NCBI GenBank assembly: GCA_965140415.1
Contig: OZ223209.1
Span: 3,072,001-3,136,000, forward strand
Source: Myxococcota bacterium
GTDB lineage: Bacteria; Myxococcota_A; SURF-8
Direction of reading: 5' to 3'
Length of the DNA: 64,000 bases
Shown: positions 28,321 to 37,957 of the stretch, piece by piece
Position numbering within the stretch: position 1 is the stretch's first letter
How the letters are laid out: each line of letters starts with the position of its first letter
Program-made: the position numbers and the translations under genes
The notes under the pieces: generated by a model
The model's input: only the letters and a program-made list of their open reading frames with translations
What the model was told of the DNA's origin: nothing
Database searches by the model: none

Positions 28321-29129
28321 GTAAACAACTCCATGATCAGTTTTCCGAATAAATCTGGAAGATTGTAAAATCGGCAGGAAATGAAATAGAAACACCAGAA
28401 CGCAATAAAGAGAGCATCCGAAAGGCTAAAATGCAAAGGTTGTATGCGATTGATCTGGCCGGTAAAGCCTCGGCAATGCATCGCAAGATGAATGCGCTGG
28501 GCACGGTCCAGGGTTCTAAGCAAAAGATGTCCGACCATCGGACCATAACTTCTCAAGCCGCCATCGTGCTTTCCGAAACTGCGCAGGGAACGCGCACGAA
28601 TCAAGCGCAGGCTTTCTTCCGTCAATACAAACAGATAGCGATACAGAAACATCAACTGTATCGAAAACACTCTTGGTGCGCCTAGCTTTTCCATTGCGAG
28701 ACAGACATCGTTCAAGCCGGTTACTGCAAGTAAAAGTAACGCAGCAGAAACCGTTAACACAAAGCGCAGAAGAATAGAAAAAAAGGAAATCCAGCCACCA
28801 CTTATGTCAAGCGGCCCGAGGGTCAACAGAATGTGCGAGTCCAGAAACGGATTGAAAATCCCGATCATGATGGCAAACGGTGAGACCAACAGGATTTTTT
28901 TCGCTATATAGAAAAAAGGAATACGTCCTGCGGCGATCAGAAAAATCGGGTAAAGCAGAAACGGCATCAACTGTGCCAGATCGTATTTCCCGAAAGAGAC
29001 CGTCGTTACGATAAAGGCTAATGTTACCAGTAGTTTGGCGCGTGGGTCCAACTGGTGAACGATACTTTGCTGGCGCGAGAGGCGATCCATCGCGCCGAGA
29101 TCGAAAACTTGCGATTCAACGGAATTCAT
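28317..29129 (-). CDS. cbiQ: ECF transporter T component (CbiQ/NikQ)
   Basis: HQLDPRAKLL; YRYLFVL.EE..R..RAR; AM.CRGF. Confidence 0.9.
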   Translation of the reverse strand: MNSVESQVFDLGAMDRLSRQQSIVHQLDPRAKLLVTLAFIVTTVSFGKYDLAQLMPFLLYPIFLIAAGRIPFFYIAKKILLVSPFAIMIGIFNPFLDSHILLTLGPLDISGGWISFFSILLRFVLTVSAALLLLAVTGLNDVCLAMEKLGAPRVFSIQLMFLYRYLFVLTEESLRLIRARSLRSFGKHDGGLRSYGPMVGHLLLRTLDRAQRIHLAMHCRGFTGQINRIQPLHFSLSDALFIAFWCFYFISCRFYNLPDLFGKLIMELFT

Positions 29130-29191
29130 GTTGTGGATCGATTTCGCATGTTGTCCCGAATGAAATAGCCAGAGGGTAAAGGCGCAAGAGG

Positions 29192-30226
29192 TTATCTAGT
29201 TGCCCGACTGCGCCTCTTTAGCAGCAGGCCGATAAAGGCAGCCAGAAAGAGTGTTAAAGCACTGCCGACTAGTCCGGAAACGCTGGTTCCGGCGCTTACG
29301 GCAGGCCAGGACGCTTCCTCTTCTTCCGCCGCTTCGCTGGCTTTGAAACCATAATCCGGCAGCACCGCTGTTGTTTCCTGAACTTGCGCAAGCGATTTAT
29401 AAAGCCTGTCTTGAGCGGCAGGGGGAGCCAGTTCTTCTTCGCCAGTCGTTTTGAAAATCGACCATTCCAGTCCATCGGGATGAGTCGAGGCAAACCAACT
29501 TAGCATGACTCCGGTTATCAGGGTCGCTACGCCAAGACCGACGAACACCTTTTTTAGTGAGAGGTTTGCAATCGATGTGTTCGTACTGGCAGCTTGCAAT
29601 AGTTCCGGGCGGGCCTGTTGCACAAACATGACGACAGCCGCCGTTGCCAGACCTTCAACGATACCGATGGCCAGATGTATGGGTTGCATTAAAAGCAGGA
29701 ATGAGGAAAAACTAAGTTCGGTGATACCGGATGACACGGTCTCTATGACGACACCTAATGAGCCCATCTGCAAACCGATTACAGCTGCCAGGATGGCCGC
29801 AAATGCAATGCGGCCTTTGGAAGTTTGGTCTGCTGCAAGTGGTTTGTAAATCAGCGGATAAGCGATGAAGCAGGGGAAAAAGCCAAGGTTGAAGATGTTC
29901 GCTCCCAGGGCAAGCAGTCCGCCATCTGCAAAAAAGAGAGCCTGCACGGTAAGTACCGAAGCCATCGTAAGAAAAGCGGCGTATGGCCCCAGTAAAATCG
30001 CCAGAATCAGTCCTCCTCCTAGATGCCCGCTGGAGCCGGTGGCCGGGATCGTGAAGTTGATCATCTGGGCTGCGAAGATGAACGCTGCGACAACGCCCAT
30101 CAAAGGAACTTTTTTATCGTCCAGTTCATTTGCGATTTTGCGCGAACTGGTGGCGATCAATACGGCGGACGCGGTCCACAAAGCACCGCCTACGGCAGGA
30201 GAAACCAACGCATCGGCCATGTGCAT
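29192..30226 (-). CDS. cbiM: ECF S component CbiM/NikM fused to NikN-like PDGLE domain
   Basis: N-terminal MHMAD metal-binding motif; GSSGHLGG; FADGG..ALGAN; IGIVEG; AS.HPDGLE; LPDY. Confidence 0.88.
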   Translation of the reverse strand: MHMADALVSPAVGGALWTASAVLIATSSRKIANELDDKKVPLMGVVAAFIFAAQMINFTIPATGSSGHLGGGLILAILLGPYAAFLTMASVLTVQALFFADGGLLALGANIFNLGFFPCFIAYPLIYKPLAADQTSKGRIAFAAILAAVIGLQMGSLGVVIETVSSGITELSFSSFLLLMQPIHLAIGIVEGLATAAVVMFVQQARPELLQAASTNTSIANLSLKKVFVGLGVATLITGVMLSWFASTHPDGLEWSIFKTTGEEELAPPAAQDRLYKSLAQVQETTAVLPDYGFKASEAAEEEEASWPAVSAGTSVSGLVGSALTLFLAAFIGLLLKRRSRATR

Positions 30227-30326
30227 ACAACACCTCCGAATGAAAAGCAGCTTTGTATCTTGTGGTACAGCATGAAACGCAATGATGCTTCTTTCTCGTT
30301 ATTCAACTTGCTGTAACCGAAGAAAG

Positions 30327-30373
30327 GTAGCATCAATACAAAAACAGTAGCACCGCTAAAGAAAGACTGTCAA
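30327..30373 (-). promoter_or_regulatory. Promoter (TTGACA-N18-TACTGT) with overlapping putative NikR operator GTGCTAC-N13-ATGCTAC
   Basis: + strand gtagcat-caatacaaaaaca-gtagcac at 30327-30353; tgtcaa at 30368-30373. Confidence 0.5.
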
Positions 30374-30595
30374 GGTGAAATGCCTTGTTTTGTCCGGCTT
30401 GGGCGCATCACAAGATATTGCGATTGACTTTGAAAACGGCTGCCATCGGCTAAGCGAAGAGAAACGGAGCTTGCCCATGTGGCTCTTTAACACGGGCAAG
30501 CCTGCGGCTTAGCCCGCGCCACCCTGAAATCAGACAGGTTTGCAACTTCTTTTGATGCACCCGTCCGGCTTGCAGAATAGTTTTTGAATATGTGA

Positions 30596-31279
30596 TTATG
30601 GGAAAAATTGATAACCGACCCCACGCAAGGTGCGAATGTGGAGTGGAATTTTGGAATCCTTTTCGAATAGCTTGCGTAACCTTGCAATAAAAATGTCCAC
30701 CGTACGGGTTTCAAGGGCAGAAGAATATCCCCAGACTTTCTCCAGTAATTCGATGCGGCTGACCGGTCTCTGCTGGTTTTCGATCAGGTATTTCATGACA
30801 TAGCACTCATATGGCGTCAGGCGAGTTTCGCCCTGGTTCGTCTTGGCTTCGAAACTGCGGAAATTGATCCAATAGTCACCGAACTCCACGTTTTCTCCAC
30901 TTCGCGCTGCTTCATCGTACCAACTGGTTCGTTCCAACATGCGCTTGATACGCAAAATCAATTCCGGCAGTGAAAACGGTTTCGTTACATAATCATCCGC
31001 TCCGGCGGAAAAGCCGTTCAGGCGATCTTCTTCGCGCGCTTTGGCGGACAGGATCAGTACGGGATATTGAAAGTCTTTTTGCCTGACCAATGCCAGTAGT
31101 TCCAAGCCGTTCATGCCGGGTAACATGATATCAAGCACCATCATGTCGTAATCGCGATAGATTTCCAGGGCTTCCTCCGCACTTTCAACACAATGGACGT
31201 CATGCTTTTCCAGTTGGAGGTTGAATTTCAGCCCTTCAGCCAGATTTCGTTCATCTTCTATAATCAAGATGCGAGCCAT
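30596..31279 (-). CDS. OmpR/PhoB-family response regulator
   Basis: ILIIEDE; LDIMLPG; GADDYVTKPF; winged helix TRTVD.FIARLR..F; TLRGVGY. Confidence 0.93.
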   Translation of the reverse strand: MARILIIEDERNLAEGLKFNLQLEKHDVHCVESAEEALEIYRDYDMMVLDIMLPGMNGLELLALVRQKDFQYPVLILSAKAREEDRLNGFSAGADDYVTKPFSLPELILRIKRMLERTSWYDEAARSGENVEFGDYWINFRSFEAKTNQGETRLTPYECYVMKYLIENQQRPVSRIELLEKVWGYSSALETRTVDIFIARLRKLFEKDSKIPLHIRTLRGVGYQFFP

Positions 31280-31284
31280 AACTC

Positions 31285-32178
31285 CTACTCCTTCTCATTC
31301 CGATGATGTTCTTTCGGTCCATCCGCTTTGAACAGCATCACAATGCTCGTGCCTTCACCTTTACCTTTGCTTTCCGCCCAGACTTTTCCTCGATGCGCAC
31401 GGACGATCTTGTGGACGATATACAATCCCAGTCCGCTGCCCTGGGGCTTGGAGGAGTGTCGATAGAACAGTTTGAAGACACGGGACAATTCGGATTCCGG
31501 GATACCTTCGCCATTGTCGCTGATTTCCAGTCGCAGGCGCTTTAATTGACGTTTTAGAGAAACCTTGATCCGAGCCGGGGAAGGGGAATAGCGGATCGCA
31601 TTGTCGAACACATTTTGTAGTACGCTCAACATGGCCGCTTTATCTGCCTTCATAAACGAATTCGATTCAAGCTGCAATTCGATATTGGCTTTCCCCTGGT
31701 ATTCCGGATTGGCTTCGATGCATTCATTGATCAGATCGGTCAGATCGTGATGTTCGAACTGGTAGATGGCTCGTCCTTGTTCGATACGGCCTGCCGAAAG
31801 CAAGCTGGAAATCGAACCAGCCAGTCTGAGGCTGTCGTTGTGCATTCGCTCAAGAAAGACCTTCCTGGTTTCATCGTCCAGTTGATGCAACTGCATGGTT
31901 TCTACATACAAGCGCAATGAGGCCAGAGGGGTCAGCAACTCGTGGCTGATGCTGGAAATGAAGTTGACTCGCTCCGCATCCAGATTGCGGGACTTGGTCC
32001 AGAATATGAATAAGGTGGTCGCCCCCAGAATGATTACCAAAGAAAGCAGAATGCCTTGGATCATCCACCAGACATGGGAGGGTTCAAGCGAATGCTGAAC
32101 GATCCACAGCACCAAAAGTGCCACGCTTGCGGATTGTGCCAGCACGAAAGCGGCGATGGGTAGTGCAACTCGTTTCAT
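31285..32178 (-). CDS. Membrane-bound sensor histidine kinase
   Basis: Two TM helices with short loop; H-box SHELLTPL; N-box NVFDNAIRY; DNGEGI; GSGLGL. Confidence 0.9.
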   Translation of the reverse strand: MKRVALPIAAFVLAQSASVALLVLWIVQHSLEPSHVWWMIQGILLSLVIILGATTLFIFWTKSRNLDAERVNFISSISHELLTPLASLRLYVETMQLHQLDDETRKVFLERMHNDSLRLAGSISSLLSAGRIEQGRAIYQFEHHDLTDLINECIEANPEYQGKANIELQLESNSFMKADKAAMLSVLQNVFDNAIRYSPSPARIKVSLKRQLKRLRLEISDNGEGIPESELSRVFKLFYRHSSKPQGSGLGLYIVHKIVRAHRGKVWAESKGKGEGTSIVMLFKADGPKEHHRNEKE

Positions 32179-32226
32179 GATCGAAGCATACCTTATTGAA
32201 TTGGAAGGAACAAGCCAACGGAGGCT

Positions 32227-32246
32227 TTTTACAGTTGTTTTACAGT
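32227..32246. promoter_or_regulatory. Direct repeat TTTTACAGT-N2-TTTTACAGT, putative OmpR-family binding site
   Basis: Identical 9-mers at 32227-32235 and 32238-32246 (11-bp period) in the divergent promoter region. Confidence 0.5.
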
Positions 32247-32336
32247 GTAATCCATTCCCGATGCCTACAATGAAATACGTGATACGAAAAAAAAGGAGAC
32301 CCAGGAACACACAACCTATAAACCTGGAGAAAGATT

Positions 32337-33971
32337 ATGTCACCTGAAAAGATGAAACGAGTGCTACTCAGCAGTGTCTGCAAACCTTTCGGCCCAGAAT
32401 ATGGAGATGGTTTTGGAGTCAGTGCCGAGGGAACCCATCAGATCATGTGGGCGCAAGGCGTGTTTCGGGTTCGTGCAACGACTACGCAATGGGGGTTGGA
32501 TTTCATTGCGGCGAATCTTAAAGCGCCGACCGTGACCCTGCATTATCCGAGCATGATAGAGTTCGTTCGCGAAATCAAAAAAGGATACGATTACATCGGT
32601 ATCGCCTTTATCAGTGCGACTCTTCATAAGATGATTCCCATGGTGAAAGCCATTCGAAAGCATGCTCCGGAAAGCAAAATCGTTTTAGGCGGCTATGGAA
32701 CCGCTCTCGGTAAAGATCGCTTGTCTTTATATGCCGATTGTATCTGTCAGGAAGAGGGTGTGCAGTTCATGAGACGCCTGCTTGGTGAAGATCCAAAGGC
32801 GCCCATCGTCCAGCCGGATATATCACAAAAGCAAACGATCTTTTCCATCCCGATGACAGGTGAAACCGGTTATGTGTTTGGCGGTTTGGGATGTCCGAAT
32901 GGTTGCGATTTCTGTGCGACCTCACACTATTTCAAGCGTAAGCATATCAAATTTCTTAAATCGGGTGATGAGATCCTTCAGGCAATCATCGATCTACGAC
33001 GCAAGCATCCGGATATGACCACCTTCTGGATCAACGATGAGGATTTCCTGCTAAATGAAAAACGAGGTCGCGAGTTCTTACGGGCGATTCGCGATTCCGG
33101 GCTGCCACCTTTGTCGCTGTCGGTTTTTGGCAGTGTGAAAGCCTTGTCTCAGTATGAGCCTTCCGAGTTGGTTGAAATGGGAATCGACTGGATTTGGATC
33201 GGCTATGAAGGCAAACGTGCCGGTTACGCCAAGCAGAAAGGGAAAAGCTATGAAGAATTGTTCACCTCGTTCCGGCAACATGGCATCAGCGTCCTGGCTT
33301 CAATGATCATCGGTTTCGATTATCAGACACCTGAGATCATTTATGAAGAATTCGAAGAGTTGATGAGGTTGCAACCGACAATGAGCCAGTTCTTGATTTA
33401 CGGTCCTTCTCCTGGGACACCACTGCAAACTCGACTTGAAAAGGAAGAACGTTTGGATCTTGCTGTAATGGCGGATAACCGCTTGCACGATGGCTTTACG
33501 CTTGGTTTTCAACATCCACACATCGATCGAGAAAAGATGTCACGGATTCAACGGGATCTGTATCGACAGGAATTCGAAAAGCTTGGGCCATCGATTTTCA
33601 GAGTGGTGGATTGCATGTTAAACGGTTATGAGCAATTACGCGAACATCCTGCGGATCGGGTATGGCAAAAAGCGGAATACTATCGCCAGTTGTGTCATAG
33701 AGCCATGATACTGCTTCCCGCCAGTTATTCCAAAGCTCCGAAAGCAAGTGTCACTTGGTTACATGATTTGTATGACAGGCTGGAAACAGCGACCGGACCG
33801 CTTTCAGCTATTGAACGTGTTCAGGCGGCATTCGTTCCCGCGTTGATTCGCTTAACCGAATTCAAGAAAAACCGTGACATCGGGCAACAGCCGTCCTTCA
33901 CCCGTAGGCGTTACCGATGGTCGTCGGCAAGACCACAAAGCAAACTGCGCCCTATAGCGGATCATGCATAG
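32337..33971 (+). CDS. B12-binding-domain radical SAM protein
   Basis: N-terminal cobalamin-binding-like domain (KIVLGGYG); CPNGCDFC; INDEDF; IGYE; MIIGFD. Confidence 0.85.
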   Translation: MSPEKMKRVLLSSVCKPFGPEYGDGFGVSAEGTHQIMWAQGVFRVRATTTQWGLDFIAANLKAPTVTLHYPSMIEFVREIKKGYDYIGIAFISATLHKMIPMVKAIRKHAPESKIVLGGYGTALGKDRLSLYADCICQEEGVQFMRRLLGEDPKAPIVQPDISQKQTIFSIPMTGETGYVFGGLGCPNGCDFCATSHYFKRKHIKFLKSGDEILQAIIDLRRKHPDMTTFWINDEDFLLNEKRGREFLRAIRDSGLPPLSLSVFGSVKALSQYEPSELVEMGIDWIWIGYEGKRAGYAKQKGKSYEELFTSFRQHGISVLASMIIGFDYQTPEIIYEEFEELMRLQPTMSQFLIYGPSPGTPLQTRLEKEERLDLAVMADNRLHDGFTLGFQHPHIDREKMSRIQRDLYRQEFEKLGPSIFRVVDCMLNGYEQLREHPADRVWQKAEYYRQLCHRAMILLPASYSKAPKASVTWLHDLYDRLETATGPLSAIERVQAAFVPALIRLTEFKKNRDIGQQPSFTRRRYRWSSARPQSKLRPIADHA

Positions 33972-34629
33972 GAGAACAACAGGGGGTCACTCGCTTGTCA
34001 TCGGCAATGATGGGCAGACTGCACTGTTTAGAGAATACGACATGCAATAAAAAAGCAGTTGCGGCACCGGCAACAAGATCCATTAAGTAATGTTGCTTGG
34101 TGGTCAGGCAAGACATACTGATGATGACTGTTTACAACAGAAATAGCCATCCACGATTGCGATTCTGACCAAGCATGGAAAAGGCGGCTAAAAAGGCCAT
34201 GCCGACGTGCAGGCTGGGAAAGCAGTTGCGAGGCGGGTCCAAGGTCCACATCTGTTGATACATCCAGGCAAAGTATCCTCCCGGTTCGAAGCCTTCTCTT
34301 GGATAATAACTGGGCCAGAATAGAAAGATCAGACCGTAAACGGCGATCATCACCAATCCCGCAGATATTGCACAGCCGAAACGCCGCGTTTGTAACAGCC
34401 ACATTCCTAAAAAGATCTGTAGGAATACGGATAGATAAGGGAGGATGGTCCAATCGACAAAGGGGATGTTTCTTTCAAAAGAAAGCATGGGCCAGTCGGT
34501 AGCGGGGAACAAATTGAGAAACATGTTTCCCCGATATGCCAGAGACCAAAGTGCCAGACCGACAACAAAGGCATGCCAGCGGGGACGAGCGTCGAATTCT
34601 GCTGAGATGTGGGCCACAATGTTTTTCAT
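33952..34629 (-). pseudogene. PAP2 / inositol-phosphorylceramide-synthase-like gene interrupted by an in-frame TAA at 34134-34132
   Basis: IPFV.WT..PY, PSYYPR and D.PRNCFPSLH precede the stop; the same frame continues TVIISMSCLTTKQHYLMDLVAG (C3 motif) to TAG at 33954-33952. Confidence 0.75.
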
Positions 34630-34881
34630 GGCCAATCTTTCCACTCGAACCAAATTTCGTTCGAGTTGCTTTAATTATACCGTAACAGCATGTTCAATCA
34701 TAGACAAACGATCATTTGTTATGCTTTATTACGTATCATTTTCCGATATTGCTTTGATCCTTTACCTGATTTGTTTTCTGTGCTAGAAAGTAATTGCTCT
34801 ACGCTAGCGATACACGTTATTTGTACCGTTCGCATTGAAGTTGGATGTTCTAGTCGTTCTGCTTGGCAAGGAGTTATAGAA

Positions 34882-36321
34882 ATGAAGTTCAGTAAGTCCC
34901 TTGGCGGTTACAAGTCTTTATGCTTCCTTTTCGTCTTGATATTGCTCTGTTGGCTTCCTGCCTGTGGAGGAGAAGACGACAGCGTCATCGATGGTGACAC
35001 GGATCTGGAGCAGGGTGATGTCGTGACCGAACCGACGAAATTCCTGCTCGGCTATTCTGAAATCGATATTACACCCTATCCAGAATTTGAAACGGTGCTG
35101 ATGGGTTCCTACGGCGTTCCTAGCGTTCATCGCGCCATGGTCGGTGTGCACGATCCCTTGATGGCACAAGTGGCGCTGATCAAGAACGACGCCAACCAGG
35201 CATTTATGCTCGTTTCGCTGGATCTTTGCGGATATTCCTTTGAGTTCGCCGATAACGGTCCTGGCGTGCGCGAAGTAAGAGAAAGCATTTCCGAGGCTCT
35301 GTCGGATATCTTGACAATCGCTCCTGAGCAGATCGTTTTAGCCTCCAGCCACAATCACACCAGTACGGATCTGGTTGGTATGCACCAGGATATCGGCGGT
35401 ACGATCTCGCGCGATCTTCTGGAATGGCATGTGGAAAAGATTACCACGGCAGCAGTGGAAGCGGCCCAATCGTTTACTGAAGTGGACTTGTTTTTCTCCG
35501 AAACGGAATTGGTTGGCTATGCAGGCCGAGACGAAGTGCCTGTCGGCAGCGGTCAACGCTGTTCGGAAGTGATCGACGATCGCATTTACACCATGCGTGC
35601 AAAAGATAAAGACGGTCAGGTGATGTTAACCGTCACCAATTACGCCAAGCATCCGACGCAAATCGACTGGTTGTTAAAAGAAGCTACGGCGGACTATATC
35701 TGGGCTTACCGGTTGGAAATCGAAGAGAAGACCGGCGGAGAAGCCATGTTCATTCAGAGTTTTGAAGCGGCTGTTCACGATGGCGATGCCTATGCGGACA
35801 TTCCCGGCGAAGAAGGCAGTTACGAAAAAACCGAGAATTTCGGGCGACTGTTTGCCAACGCCGTTATTGATGGGACGGAGAACGAAGTCAAGGCTGAAGA
35901 ATTCGATATCGAACATAAAGAAGAAGTGTTTCCCCTCAAGGGACATGGTTTCTATCGCGACCTGGCCAAGTATGCAAGACTGGATCTGCGTAGTTTCGAT
36001 GTGGCGGAAGACACCTGCTATATTCTAAAGTATGTTCCCGCTAGCTGGCACAAACTGGGACCGGCACAGTTTGTTGTTTGGCCTGGAGAGATCGCTCCGG
36101 AATATGGTGTGGCGATTCGTGAACGTATGCAGACTCCAGTAAAATTCTTGGTAGGCTTGGGAAACGATCAAGTTGGCTACATCGTGGATGCGGAATCCGT
36201 GGCAAACGATCCGACGGGAAAACTGGCTAAATATGAAGCTAATACGGGACCGGGAATTGGCGCCGGGGAAGTGATCATGGAAGTGATGGAATCCTTCGAC
36301 TTCATGACAGCAAAAGAATAA
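34882..36321 (+). CDS. Neutral/alkaline ceramidase-like lipoprotein
   Basis: Lipobox LPAC followed by GGEDD; IDITP; GVHDPL; VSLD; ASSHNHT; NYAKHP; PGE; GLGNDQVGY; AGGAG before ATG 34882. Confidence 0.7.
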   Translation: MKFSKSLGGYKSLCFLFVLILLCWLPACGGEDDSVIDGDTDLEQGDVVTEPTKFLLGYSEIDITPYPEFETVLMGSYGVPSVHRAMVGVHDPLMAQVALIKNDANQAFMLVSLDLCGYSFEFADNGPGVREVRESISEALSDILTIAPEQIVLASSHNHTSTDLVGMHQDIGGTISRDLLEWHVEKITTAAVEAAQSFTEVDLFFSETELVGYAGRDEVPVGSGQRCSEVIDDRIYTMRAKDKDGQVMLTVTNYAKHPTQIDWLLKEATADYIWAYRLEIEEKTGGEAMFIQSFEAAVHDGDAYADIPGEEGSYEKTENFGRLFANAVIDGTENEVKAEEFDIEHKEEVFPLKGHGFYRDLAKYARLDLRSFDVAEDTCYILKYVPASWHKLGPAQFVVWPGEIAPEYGVAIRERMQTPVKFLVGLGNDQVGYIVDAESVANDPTGKLAKYEANTGPGIGAGEVIMEVMESFDFMTAKE

Positions 36322-36350
36322 GTCCTCCATTTAAATGGTTCAAACAAATC

Positions 36351-36400
36351 GGCGGTTGCAACGCTGTTATTTATATCCAGCCTTGCAACCGCCTTTTTTT
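36351..36400 (+). terminator. Terminator-like hairpin
   Basis: ggcggttgcaa/ttgcaaccgcc stem with a large loop, followed by ttttttt. Confidence 0.6.
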
Positions 36401-36431
36401 GTCATGCACTATCAAGAAGACCGTCTGTCCG

Positions 36432-37877
36432 TTAATCCTTCGAGTTGAAGATGAACGGGTAGGTCACCACGACCACACCTCCCTGCTTGGGTTGCGGGAA
36501 AAGGATGCGTTTCATCGTTAGGCTGACACACTGCTCGACCGCGTGATTTTTAAGCGTCGACACACGGATGGCAGAGGAAGAAACCGAGCCGGCAGCGCCG
36601 ATGGTGAACTGCACGGAAATTTTTCCGTACAATCGCGGATTTTTCTGCAATTCCTTCTGGTAGCAATAACGAAATTGGGAATGATGCTTGCGAATCACAC
36701 GCGCGATAACGGATTTGTCCAAGCCTCCGATCACGGTGGACGTTCCCGTTTCTACATTGGCCAGCATATTGTTCTTTTTCAGAGGATCCGAGTCCCCAAT
36801 ACCGTATTTCAGATTGGTTTTTCCTCCAAGTCGGCCACGGGTTCCAATGCCGCCGATCCCAAGCGCATCACCGCCACCACCGCTACCCGGTCCTCGTGAT
36901 CCCAAGCCTCCGGTACCACGCATGTCCATATCGGGAATGCCTTGCAGCATTCCCAGCGTTTTTTCAAGACCGGCTCCCAATCCACCGCTTCCAAAAAGGC
37001 GATCCATGCGCTCGAATCCGGTATCCATCGCACCTAGAATTCCAGCATGAGAAGCCACCGCTTCATCCTCCAGTCGTCGTTTTGAACTTCCCTGTGTGGT
37101 ATCCAATTCGCTTTTTTCCGTTCCCGTGCGACCTTCTTTGCCTAGTGACTTGGGCTGGGAAGTGAATTTAACGGAATCGATTTTCGGTTTCTCGATGAGT
37201 TCCTGTAAAGCCGCTAGGCTTCGGCCATCCCAACGGTCCCGGACGTCGTCTAAAATATCTGCGACTTCGGGGGCGGGCAGGGTATTGATCCAGGCGACCA
37301 GCAGAAACAGCCCCATGTATAGCAGTGTCATTACCGAAGAAAACGGCGTGTCGATTCTGCGAATAAGGGGTGTTCGCTTTAATGATTCCGGGTTTACCAG
37401 GCGCAGATGATAAGAAAACGGACCGAAATTCGCCGTTGCGCCGACATCGGGTGAAAGATTCAACACGATTCCATTGCCATCCCGAGAGGCCAGACCGCTG
37501 GCCAGTGCGTCATCCAGCGTCAGTTTCTCATGATCCCGGTATACCCAGCCACCCGATTTGCGCTGAAACCGAATTAGACTGCGATGCTTTGAATCCGGTG
37601 GCACCAGGGTATGTGGACCGTTTTCCAGATAGTCGTTGAATATGGAAAACGTGCAGCCTTTGCCTTCGCCCAAGGTAATCGGCACGCCGCATTCGAAGTG
37701 TCGGACATTGAGCAGCGTGTTGCCCCATAGCACCTCGCGTACCTCTACAAGGTAGCGCCCAGGTTCGGGTTTGTGATGGATACTGGGAATGACTTCCAGC
37801 AGGCTGCGTTTCTTCCTGGCCGAATCGGGAATTCGATAGGAAATGGTTTTCGATGATAGGTGAATGTCGTTTTTCAT
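36432..37877 (-). CDS. GltG-like protein: cytoplasmic domain, TM helix, Gly-rich linker and AgmX/PglI (TonB-C-like) domain
   Basis: GLDKSVIARVIR...FRYCYQKEL..NP.L.GKI.VQFTI...G.V...VEQCV....FPQP.GG.V.VTYPF.F. Confidence 0.8.
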   Translation of the reverse strand: MKNDIHLSSKTISYRIPDSARKKRSLLEVIPSIHHKPEPGRYLVEVREVLWGNTLLNVRHFECGVPITLGEGKGCTFSIFNDYLENGPHTLVPPDSKHRSLIRFQRKSGGWVYRDHEKLTLDDALASGLASRDGNGIVLNLSPDVGATANFGPFSYHLRLVNPESLKRTPLIRRIDTPFSSVMTLLYMGLFLLVAWINTLPAPEVADILDDVRDRWDGRSLAALQELIEKPKIDSVKFTSQPKSLGKEGRTGTEKSELDTTQGSSKRRLEDEAVASHAGILGAMDTGFERMDRLFGSGGLGAGLEKTLGMLQGIPDMDMRGTGGLGSRGPGSGGGGDALGIGGIGTRGRLGGKTNLKYGIGDSDPLKKNNMLANVETGTSTVIGGLDKSVIARVIRKHHSQFRYCYQKELQKNPRLYGKISVQFTIGAAGSVSSSAIRVSTLKNHAVEQCVSLTMKRILFPQPKQGGVVVVTYPFIFNSKD

Positions 37878-37894
37878 TTTTGGATCTCCTTTCC

Positions 37895-37923
37895 CGGCTG
37901 GCCGATATCGAACCGGCCAGCCG
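37895..37923 (-). terminator. Intergenic GC hairpin between the two TonB-C genes
   Basis: cggctggccg...cggccagccg, no clear U tract. Confidence 0.35.
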
Positions 37924-37957
37924 ATTTGGGAGGTTGCAAGGATCGAAACTTCCGATA

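Noticed and set aside
30227-30595. Cobalamin riboswitch upstream of cbiM/nikM
   Set aside because: No GGGAA...GCCCCCGC...AGCCAG core recognised; the hairpin gcttgccc/gggcaagc near 30469-30502 more likely ends the upstream regulator transcript
34132-34134. Sec/Pyl recoding or alternative genetic code explaining the internal stop
   Set aside because: The codon is TAA, which terminates many other genes here; Sec uses TGA and Pyl uses TAG
34028-34453. 141-aa minus-strand ORF as a frameshifted PAP2 continuation
   Set aside because: The catalytic C3 motif is in the original frame after the TAA, not in this frame
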